Positions 29,547 to 37,023 of a DNA stretch of 64,000 nucleotides are shown piece after piece. Position 1 is the stretch's first letter. Each line of letters starts with the position of its first letter. Where the stretch lies: positions 5,603 through 69,602 of the forward strand of contig DATKVX010000007.1 of assembly GCA_035529855.1 (NCBI GenBank), read 5' to 3'. The notes below the pieces were generated by a model. It did not search any database, was not told the origin of the DNA, and worked only from the letters and a program-made list of their open reading frames with translations. A program made the translations under genes and the position numbers. The stretch comes from a bacterium. GTDB taxonomy: Bacteria > RBG-13-66-14 > B26-G2 > WVWN01.

Positions 29547-29955
29547 CTTCCTCCTCGGGGGGAGGCGTTTTCTCGGCCGTCCCGGCCTTTTCTTCGGCGC
29601 TCAGGTACTCGCGCGTTCTGTACGCCGAGAGCCGGTAGTAGATCTGGTAGAACGATTCGACCGGTTCGCCGTCCTGGGTGGCCGGCGCGAAAAGGCACTT
29701 GCGCGCCGCCGCCAACGCCGTAGCGTCGATTTCGTCGTCGCCGGAGGTCGACCATACCTCGGCCTCCGTGATTTGCCCTTCGGCGTCGAGGGTGAGTTTC
29801 AATACCACCGTGTCCGTAAAGACCACCCCCGGGACGATTTCGATTTCGCCCAGCGGCTCGACGTGTATCGGTTGGGCCGGGACGAAGCCGTCCTGGGCCC
29901 CGGCGGCGGCCGCGAGCAAGGCCGGCGCAATTATCCAACGCATCATTATGCCCAC
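29530..29955 (-). CDS. Secreted TonB C-terminal-domain-like protein
   Basis: Signal peptide followed by VVLKLTLDAEGQITEAEVWSTSGDDEIDATALAAARKCLFAPATQDGEPV, which fits the TonB_C pattern. No Pro-rich spanner or TM anchor of a true TonB. Confidence 0.55.
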   Translation of the reverse strand: MGIMMRWIIAPALLAAAAGAQDGFVPAQPIHVEPLGEIEIVPGVVFTDTVVLKLTLDAEGQITEAEVWSTSGDDEIDATALAAARKCLFAPATQDGEPVESFYQIYYRLSAYRTREYLSAEEKAGTAEKTPPPEEEADGGN

Positions 29956-29992
29956 CTGGCGTTTCTTCTAGACTATGTGTCGTGAGCCGTCT

Positions 29993-30613
29993 TTATTTAA
30001 ATTCTATTATGAACGGCCACCACGTCGCCGTCGGTTTGCCATTCAGGACGGCCGGCTCGAATTTGAACTCGCGCGCCGCGGCGAGCGCCCGTTCGACGTA
30101 AAGCGGGTCCGCGCCGTCGCCGGCCTGTTCCGCGTACCAGACGCCGCCGTCGGGGCCGATGAATAAGTCCAACGAGATTTCGGTCGTCAGCGACGGCGCC
30201 CCGGGCGGGAAGGTGGGCGCGACGGATTCGACCAGTTCGGGCGCGACCTCGAATTCTCGTTCCGGCTCGCGCGAGGCGTCCACCACTTCCGTATCCCGCA
30301 TCAGGCGGAAGACGTACCAAATGGTGGCGCGCTCGCGGGCGGAATCGAACGTACATTTTTCGAACGCGGCGTAGGCGGGGTCCGCGAACGCGGCCGGCCC
30401 GTCGTTATATATGACCCTGCAAACGCCGGGTTTTCCGGCTTCCGACGCGCCGCAAACGACGACGTTGACTTCGAAAGGCTTGTCCCGGATATCCGCCGGG
30501 TACGCCGGCGCGACGAGCTCTTCGCCGCCGGCGGCCGCCGTGCTCATTATCAAGAAAGCCGTTACGGCGGGCGGGCCGCGCAGCGCCGTTTTTAAAAACC
30601 TTTCGGCCGTCAT
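29993..30613 (-). CDS. Exported protein with TonB_C-like C-terminal domain
   Basis: ATG 30613 overlaps the prfB stop (ATGA). Hydrophobic N-terminus. The C-terminal ISLDLFIGPDGGV...YVERALAAAREFKFEPAVLNGKP is TonB_C-like. Confidence 0.45.
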   Translation of the reverse strand: MTAERFLKTALRGPPAVTAFLIMSTAAAGGEELVAPAYPADIRDKPFEVNVVVCGASEAGKPGVCRVIYNDGPAAFADPAYAAFEKCTFDSARERATIWYVFRLMRDTEVVDASREPEREFEVAPELVESVAPTFPPGAPSLTTEISLDLFIGPDGGVWYAEQAGDGADPLYVERALAAAREFKFEPAVLNGKPTATWWPFIIEFK

Positions 30614-31726
30614 TCCTGGCCCCCCTTCGTGCCGCGCCACTTCAAGGCCGCGGCGATTAATTCGTCAAGGCCGCCGTCGAGGACGCGGCCGACGTCGCTC
30701 GTCTCATGCCCCGTCCGCAGGTCTTTGACCAGCTGGTACGGGAAGAGGACGTACGAGCGTATCTGGCTGCCCCACGCGATATCGCGCTTGGGCCCTTTGA
30801 GGTCCTCGACGCGGGCGCGTCGTTCGTCCTCTTTCAATTTGTGCAGTTTCGAACGTAATACCTCCAGCGCCCGAAGTCGATTGAGATGCTGCGAACGCTC
30901 GGCCTGGCAACACACGACGATGCCGGTGGGGAGGTGGGTGATGCGCACCGCCGAGTCCGTAACGTTTACGTGCTGGCCGCCGGGCCCCGACGAACGGAAA
31001 GTATCCACTTTAAGGTCGGTCTCGTCGATATCCACCTCTACCGTCTCGTCGAGTTTGGGCCATACGGCTACGTTGGCGAACGACGTGTGGCGGCGACTCT
31101 TTTGGTCGAAGGGCGATATTCGAACCAGGCGGTGTACGCCGGCCTCGCAGCTCAGGTTGCCGTACGCGTAGTCGCCCCGCGCTTCGAACACGGCGAATCG
31201 TACGCCGGCTTCCTCCGCCGCTTCGGCCGCCAGGATGTCGCATTGGTAGCCGCGCGCCTCGGACCACTTGAGGTACATCCGAAAAAGCATCTCGGCCCAA
31301 TCGGCGGCGTCCACGCCGCCGGCGCCGGGTTTGACTTCCACGATGGCGTCGGACCCGTCGTAAGGACCCCCCATGAACGTCAAAAGCGAAAGGCGTTCGA
31401 CCTCTTCTTCCAGCGCCGAGAGTTCGCTACCGAAGTCGGCGCAGGCCGCTTGTTCTTCGAGGCAGAGTTGGTAGAAGACGCCCAGGTCCTCGAGTCTTTT
31501 TTCGGCCGCGGCGAACGCTTCGGCCCGTTTTTTTAGGCGACTCAGCTCGGCCAGTAGTCGTTGGGCCTGGTCGCGATTTTCCCATAGGTCCGGTGCGGCG
31601 GCCTTCTCCTCGAGGCCGACGATGCGGTTGACGGTTTTTTCCGGGTCAAAGGCCCTCCCGGACGTCGTCCACCGCGCGTGAGAGCCTGTCTAATCTTTGC
31701 TCGAGCTCGCTTATGTCTTCCATCAT
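30610..31726 (-). CDS. prfB: Peptide chain release factor 2, requires a programmed +1 frameshift
   Basis: SPF and GGQ motifs in the downstream frame. 26 codons (MMEDISELEQRLDRLSRAVDDVREGL) run from ATG 31726 to an in-frame TGA at 31648..31646. Shifting +1 at CTT TGA C joins the two frames into about 371 aa. Confidence 0.9.
31645..31660 (-). promoter_or_regulatory. prfB autoregulatory +1 frameshift site (GGGAGGG cc CTT TGA C)
   Basis: The minus strand reads GGGAGGGCCTTTGAC. An internal SD-like element, then CUU-UGA-C, exactly as in E. coli prfB. Confidence 0.85.
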
Positions 31727-31884
31727 CGGAACTCCGTAGTTATGCCGGGAATAATACCACAACGGCGGCGCCGCGGCAAGCGCCCGTTAACGAGGACCCT
31801 CTGCGGCCCGCCGTGGGCCTTCGTCGCGTAGTTGACACCCGTCGCCGCGGTATGGTAACCTCGCTGCGCGTGCGGAGGCGGCGG

Positions 31885-32412
31885 ATGATAACTCCCGAGG
31901 ATAATATCTACCTGGTGGGTTTTTCCGGGGTCGGAAAGACGGTCGTCGGCAAGTTGCTGGCGGGGAGGCTCCGGCGGCGGTTCGTCGATATGGACGCCGT
32001 TATTGCCGAACGGCTGGGCGAATCCATCCCCGGCGTCTTCGCCCGCTACGGCGAAGGCCGGTACCGCGACGAAGAGAACCTGCTGGTGGCCGAACTCGCG
32101 TCGCAGCGGGGCCTGGTCGTGGCCGCCGGCGGCGGCGCCATCCTCGACGACAAGAATTACCGCCTCTTCGAGGAATCCGGCGTCGCGGTGGCCTTGCGGG
32201 CCGGCCCCGAAACTATTCAAGAACGGCTCGAGAGCGAGGAGCCGCGCGCGCTGCTCCAGAGCGCGGACCCGCTCGCCCGCATCAGGGAGCTTAAGGCGGA
32301 GCGCCGGGCCGTATACGACAAGGTGCCGCTGCAAATCCAAACCGACGAGCTTATGCCGGCGGAGGTCGTCGACCGCGTTATCGAATTGGTGGGGGTGACG
32401 AGCGAAGAGTAA
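31885..32412 (+). CDS. aroK: Shikimate kinase
   Basis: IYLVGFSGVGKTVVGKLLA P-loop, FVDMD and GGGA motifs. ATG 31885 is preceded by GGAGG. The track ORF extends spuriously to 31678. Confidence 0.85.
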   Translation: MITPEDNIYLVGFSGVGKTVVGKLLAGRLRRRFVDMDAVIAERLGESIPGVFARYGEGRYRDEENLLVAELASQRGLVVAAGGGAILDDKNYRLFEESGVAVALRAGPETIQERLESEEPRALLQSADPLARIRELKAERRAVYDKVPLQIQTDELMPAEVVDRVIELVGVTSEE

Positions 32413-32417
32413 TTCCC

Positions 32418-33245
32418 CTACGGGTCGCGCTTGGCGAGTTCCGCCGCGGCGGCGCGGCGCATCACGTCGAACGGGGCTTCGCCTCCCGTCCACAACTCGA
32501 ACGCGCGGCAACTTTTATAAAGGAACATAGCCAGGCCGTCGGCGTGGCGGAGGCCGCGTTCTTCCGCCGCTTCCAGTAAACCCGTCCGCCGAGTATAAGT
32601 TAGGTCGAATACGAAGCAATCCTTGGGTATCGCGTCGTAGTTGAGCGGAGGTAAGTCAGGGGCCGGCGTCGCGGGCTCGGCGTTAATAAGGGCAACCGGC
32701 TTTTTATTCGCCGGGAAGGCCGATGCGTCCTCCATCCTTATGACCGTGGCCTGGCTCGATACCCCCGGCCGCGGCCGCGTTACGTCCCGCACCGCGTACG
32801 TGACGGCGGCGCGCGCTTGCTCTAGTACGAGGCCGCAAGCCCGGGCGGCGGGCCCGCCGCCCAAGACCAACGCCGGTTTGCCGACGACGTCCAGCCCCAA
32901 TTCGTCCAGCGAACGCGCGAAAGCGTAAACGTCGAGTTTGAAACCTTCCACGACGCCCGGGGTGCAGCGAACGGCGTCGACTGCGGCCAACGCAGCCGCT
33001 TCGGGCGAGAGTTCGGTGCACAGGGAGGCCGCGGCCTCCTCGCACGGGTAGATGAAGTTGGCGCCGGCCAGGCCGTCGGTCGCGAGCCGCGCGAACAACC
33101 CGGTCAGCGTTTCGCCGTCGGCCCGGAACGGTACGTACGGCCATTTCAGGCCCGCGGCGGCGAAAGCCGCATTGAGCGTCGCGGGAAATAGGGACTCGTT
33201 GACGGCGCCGCCGAAGAGCGCGTATATTTTTAGGTCTTCGGACAT
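32418..33245 (-). CDS. Shikimate dehydrogenase family protein with atypical active-site motifs
   Basis: Colinear with AroE (YALFG..., GANFIYP, GGGPAARA Rossmann motif, ADGLAMFLYKSCRAFELWTG). The position of the catalytic Lys in the VTxPxK motif reads IYPCEE. Confidence 0.6.
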   Translation of the reverse strand: MSEDLKIYALFGGAVNESLFPATLNAAFAAAGLKWPYVPFRADGETLTGLFARLATDGLAGANFIYPCEEAAASLCTELSPEAAALAAVDAVRCTPGVVEGFKLDVYAFARSLDELGLDVVGKPALVLGGGPAARACGLVLEQARAAVTYAVRDVTRPRPGVSSQATVIRMEDASAFPANKKPVALINAEPATPAPDLPPLNYDAIPKDCFVFDLTYTRRTGLLEAAEERGLRHADGLAMFLYKSCRAFELWTGGEAPFDVMRRAAAAELAKRDP

Positions 33246-33381
33246 AATCGACGCAAGGCCGTATTAGTTTAACACGAAATCGAAGCGCCCTGAAGTACTG
33301 TAGGAACGTCCCGACGGCCGGGCGGGGTCGCGGAAGCCCCGCGAGGAATCGCCCGGCGCGCGTTTGTAAGTTTTATAAAAA

Positions 33382-34383
33382 ATGACGTACGGTCCTTCCG
33401 ACATATCCGTGATAATGCCCGTAGGGAACGGCGCCGCGCTGGCGGCGGCGGCCGTACGGACGGCGCTCGCGGCCGAGCCGCCGGCCGGCGAGGTGGTCGT
33501 CGTCGACGACCGCGTAACCGACGGCTCGTTGGCGGCCTTGCCGGAGAGTGCCGGGCTTCGCGTCGTGCCGAACGACGGCGGCCCGGGCCCCGCGGCGGCC
33601 CGCAACGCCGGCGCGCGCGCGGCCCGCAACGACGTCCTCCTCTTCGTAGACGCCGACGTCTTCGTCCCGGCCGGTATATTCGAAGAGGTCGCGGCCGCGT
33701 ACGCCGAAGGCGTCGACGCCGTTTTGGGGGTGGAGGCCGAGCTGCCGGCGCTGCCGGATTTCGCCAGTAAATATAAAAACCTCTGGATGCGGTTCACCTA
33801 TCTGCAGTTGCCGGCGCGGGTGGACCTCTTCTATACCAGCTGCGCGTCGATTAAGAAAGACGTATTCCTGGCGGCCGGGGGTATGGACGAAGATTACAAG
33901 CGGCCGTCGGTGGAGGATACCGCTTTCGGGCGAACGTTGGCCGCGCGCGGCGTCCGGGTCCTGCTCGATAAAGACGTCGAAGTCGAGCACCGGAAGGTAT
34001 ATAGCACGGTGGGCGCGTTGACGACGGCGTTCCGACGGGGCGCGGCGCTTACGCGTTGCCTATTGCGGATGGGGAGGCGCCGGGGCGCGGGGGCCAACCG
34101 GACGTCGGTGCCGACGTCTTTCATAATGTCGTTGCCGGCGCCGGCGCTCTTTTTATTATGGGCGGCGTTGGCGCCGTTCGCTTGGGAGTGGGCCGCGTTG
34201 GGCGCGGCGGCGACGCTCGTCGCCGTCTACGCTTTGAACTTCCGGTGGCTGGCGTTCCTGGCGCGTCGTGGCGTAGCTATGGCGCTCGGCGCGTTGGCGT
34301 TCCTTCCGCTCGAGCTCGCCTTCAGTTTCGCCGGCGGCGCGTGGGGAACGGCGAGTTATTTCTTGCTCCAAAGACGATATTGA
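33382..34383 (+). CDS. Glycosyltransferase family 2 with C-terminal TM segments
   Basis: ISVIMPVGNG...VVVVDDRVTDGS and FVDADV (DxD). Hydrophobic C-terminal third. Confidence 0.75.
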   Translation: MTYGPSDISVIMPVGNGAALAAAAVRTALAAEPPAGEVVVVDDRVTDGSLAALPESAGLRVVPNDGGPGPAAARNAGARAARNDVLLFVDADVFVPAGIFEEVAAAYAEGVDAVLGVEAELPALPDFASKYKNLWMRFTYLQLPARVDLFYTSCASIKKDVFLAAGGMDEDYKRPSVEDTAFGRTLAARGVRVLLDKDVEVEHRKVYSTVGALTTAFRRGAALTRCLLRMGRRRGAGANRTSVPTSFIMSLPAPALFLLWAALAPFAWEWAALGAAATLVAVYALNFRWLAFLARRGVAMALGALAFLPLELAFSFAGGAWGTASYFLLQRRY

Positions 34384-34401
34384 GTTAAGGTTCGGCCGAT
34401 T

Positions 34402-35154
34402 ATGCGCCACGGCTTAAAAATTTCGGTCGTCATGCCCTGCTATAACGAGGAAGAGGGCGTCGCCGAATGTTTGCGGGAGATGCCTTCCTTAGTCGACGAG
34501 GTTATTGTAGTAGACAACAACTCGAGCGACCGGACCGGGGCGGCCGCCCGGGAAGGGGGCGCCAGGGTCGTCTTCGAGGCGCGCCCGGGTTACGGCCGGG
34601 CGTACAAGTCCGGCCTGTCGCAGGCCACGGGCGACGTCATTTGCACGTTGGACGGCGACGCGACGTACCCCGTCAACGCCATACCTTATCTTATCGACGT
34701 CCTCGTGGCCGACGAGTTGGATTTTATCAGCGCCTGGCGTATCGCCGCCGACTGGCAGGAGAACTTCGATTACATTCTACGCTACCTCGGCAACCGCGTC
34801 TTCAACCTCACGATCGCACTCCTGTACTGGTTTCGGATACGGGACTCGCAGTCCGGGATGTGGTGTTTTCGGCGCGACGTACTCGAGCAGGTGAACGTGA
34901 CGTCGGACGGCATGCCGTTCTCGGAGGAGCTGAAGCTCGAGGTGTTCGAGAAGCGCGGCCGCCTCCGCGCGCGCGAGGTCCCGGTCCATTTCCACTACGT
35001 GAAGCGGCGGGGCGAATCCAAACTTTCGCTGTGGCGCGACGGCTCGAGAAACTTCCTGTTCTTGTTCGCCCGGCGGTTTAAAAAATTGTTCGGGACGTGG
35101 CGCGTGGGCCCGGCCATAGCCGACGAGAAACCCGAGCCCCGCGCGCCGGATTAA
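34402..35154 (+). CDS. Glycosyltransferase family 2 (polyprenol-phosphate glycosyltransferase-like)
   Basis: ISVVMPCYNEEEGV...VIVVDNNSSDRT...LDGDATYP motifs. Confidence 0.8.
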   Translation: MRHGLKISVVMPCYNEEEGVAECLREMPSLVDEVIVVDNNSSDRTGAAAREGGARVVFEARPGYGRAYKSGLSQATGDVICTLDGDATYPVNAIPYLIDVLVADELDFISAWRIAADWQENFDYILRYLGNRVFNLTIALLYWFRIRDSQSGMWCFRRDVLEQVNVTSDGMPFSEELKLEVFEKRGRLRAREVPVHFHYVKRRGESKLSLWRDGSRNFLFLFARRFKKLFGTWRVGPAIADEKPEPRAPD

Positions 35155-35269
35155 TCCCGTACGCTCGCGTCGCGTCCGGCGCGTTCTGCCGCGGGCGGGC
35201 GAGCGTCGGAAGGGCCGGTTCGCCGGCGCGTACGTTATCGGGAGGGCGGCCGGGAGGGCCCGGCCGAAG

Positions 35270-35929
35270 ATGCCCTACGCGGATATCGCACCTCTATACG
35301 CCGGCCTGTCTTTGCGCGAGCGCCTTTACGCGCGCGTCCGGTACGCTACGGCGCCGCTCGGGAAGGTGGCCGCGCTCGTGCCGCGAGACGTCGCGAGCGT
35401 GGTCGAGTTGGGCTGTTCCGCCGGCGTCTTCGCGAACGTCCTTAAGGTGCGCCGGCCCGAGCTCGACGTAGTGGGCGTCGACGCTGACGAGAGAAAGATT
35501 AACGCGGCCGTCAAAACCGCCGCCGGCCGGGAGGGCGTAGCGTTCGTACTCGACGACGCGTACGCGTACGTGGAGAGCCGCGGCCCGTTCGACGCCGTGG
35601 CGGTCGTGGACATGTTGTACCTTCTCCCGCCGAGCCGTCAGGACGAGCTTATCCGGCTCGCGGCGAGCAGGCTGCGCCCGGGCGGGTACCTCATCATAAA
35701 AGAGATGACGGACCGGCCGGTTTGGAAACGACGTTGGTGTTACCTTCAGGAATGGCTCGCGGTGCGCGTACTCGGCCTGACGGAGGGGGCCGGGGTATTC
35801 CTGCGCGCCGGCGACGATTACCGCGTCGCGATGGAACGGGCCGGCCTGGAGGTGGAGACGTTCGATTTAACCCGTGGTTACCCGCACCCGCACTTCGCGC
35901 TGCGCGGTAGAAAAGTTACCTATGGTTAG
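35270..35929 (+). CDS. Class I SAM-dependent methyltransferase
   Basis: VVELGCSAGVF motif I and GGYLIIKE motif. Confidence 0.65.
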   Translation: MPYADIAPLYAGLSLRERLYARVRYATAPLGKVAALVPRDVASVVELGCSAGVFANVLKVRRPELDVVGVDADERKINAAVKTAAGREGVAFVLDDAYAYVESRGPFDAVAVVDMLYLLPPSRQDELIRLAASRLRPGGYLIIKEMTDRPVWKRRWCYLQEWLAVRVLGLTEGAGVFLRAGDDYRVAMERAGLEVETFDLTRGYPHPHFALRGRKVTYG

Positions 35930-36332
35930 AGCGAGAACGTTTTTAACGGTATTATTGATAGCGGCCGTCGTCGCCCCCGCCGCGGCCGGCCTGTTGGACG
36001 CTTTGACCGGCGCCCTCTCGTGGACGGTAGAGCTCGCGGTCCTTCTGGCCAAGAAGCAGCCGCGGTTGAAAGAGATCTACCTGTCGCACTTCGGCGCGGA
36101 CGGCCCCGCCGGGGCCCTTCACCCTAACCTTACGATAGCCTCGGACGGCGGGGTGACCGCGGTCGAAATCGAGAGCGATACCATAGGCGACCCGGCTTTC
36201 GCCGAGGCGATACGCGAGGAAATCCTTACGTGGGATATGCCCGATTCGACGTGGGACATGGAGCTCGGCTTCGACCTGGAGTTCGACCCGGCGCGGGATT
36301 TGTATGGGGTGGACGCTGAAGTAGAGGAGTAG
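35922..36332 (+). CDS. Small exported hypothetical protein
   Basis: ATG 35922 overlaps the preceding stop. Signal-like N-terminus MVRARTFLTVLLIAAVVAPAAAG and an acidic C-terminus. Confidence 0.45.
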   Translation: MVRARTFLTVLLIAAVVAPAAAGLLDALTGALSWTVELAVLLAKKQPRLKEIYLSHFGADGPAGALHPNLTIASDGGVTAVEIESDTIGDPAFAEAIREEILTWDMPDSTWDMELGFDLEFDPARDLYGVDAEVEE

Positions 36333-36334
36333 CC

Positions 36335-36937
36335 ATGTCGAATTTCGACCTGGAGGTGTGGCGGTCGGTCGAGGCCGCGGTACGCCTGGAGGACGGGCGC
36401 CAGCGGCGCGCGGGACTGCCGCCGGAGCAGCGCTTCCGCGCGCTGCACCCCCATTCGGCGGAGTTTATTTTCCTGCTGGCGCTCGCGACGCGCGCGCGGC
36501 GCATAGTTGAGGTGGGCACGAGCGCGGGTTACTCGGCGTTGTGGTTGGCGCGGGCGTGCGCGGCAACGGGTGGCTCCCTCGTGACGCTGGAGAGGAATCC
36601 AGACATAATCCGCGTGGCGGTCGACCACCTAAAGTCGGCCGGCGTCGCGGACCTCGTCGAGATTCGGGCGGGCGACGCGCGCGATACGCTCGCGACGTTC
36701 GACGAGCCGTTCGACTTCGCCTTCGTCGACGGTGCGAAGGACGAGTACGTGGCGTACGGCGAGCTCCTCTGGCCCAGGCTCGCGGTCGGCGCGTCGCTAG
36801 TGGCCGATAATGTCCTCTCGCACGCGGGCGAGGCCGCGCCTTTCCTGGGGTGGCTCCGGGGCCTCACGGGCGCGGCGACGACGGTGCTCGAAATAGGCAA
36901 CGGCCTGTCGTGGACGGTCAAGGGAGATATAGGGTAG
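36335..36937 (+). CDS. O-methyltransferase (family 3, caffeoyl-CoA/catechol OMT-like)
   Basis: IVEVGTSAGYSALWLA, FDFAFVDGAKDEY and LVADNVL motifs. Confidence 0.75.
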   Translation: MSNFDLEVWRSVEAAVRLEDGRQRRAGLPPEQRFRALHPHSAEFIFLLALATRARRIVEVGTSAGYSALWLARACAATGGSLVTLERNPDIIRVAVDHLKSAGVADLVEIRAGDARDTLATFDEPFDFAFVDGAKDEYVAYGELLWPRLAVGASLVADNVLSHAGEAAPFLGWLRGLTGAATTVLEIGNGLSWTVKGDIG

Positions 36938-36976
36938 ATACTCCCCGCGCCGCCGGAACCGCTCTCGTAAACTACG

Positions 36977-37000
36977 AAGGCGCGCCGTAAGGCGCGCCTT
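36977..37000. terminator. Bidirectional hairpin between convergent genes
   Basis: Perfect AAGGCGCGCC-gtaa-GGCGCGCCTT hairpin. The flanking T/A tracts are short. Confidence 0.55.
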
Positions 37001-37023
37001 TAGTTATCTACTATATGGGAAAT

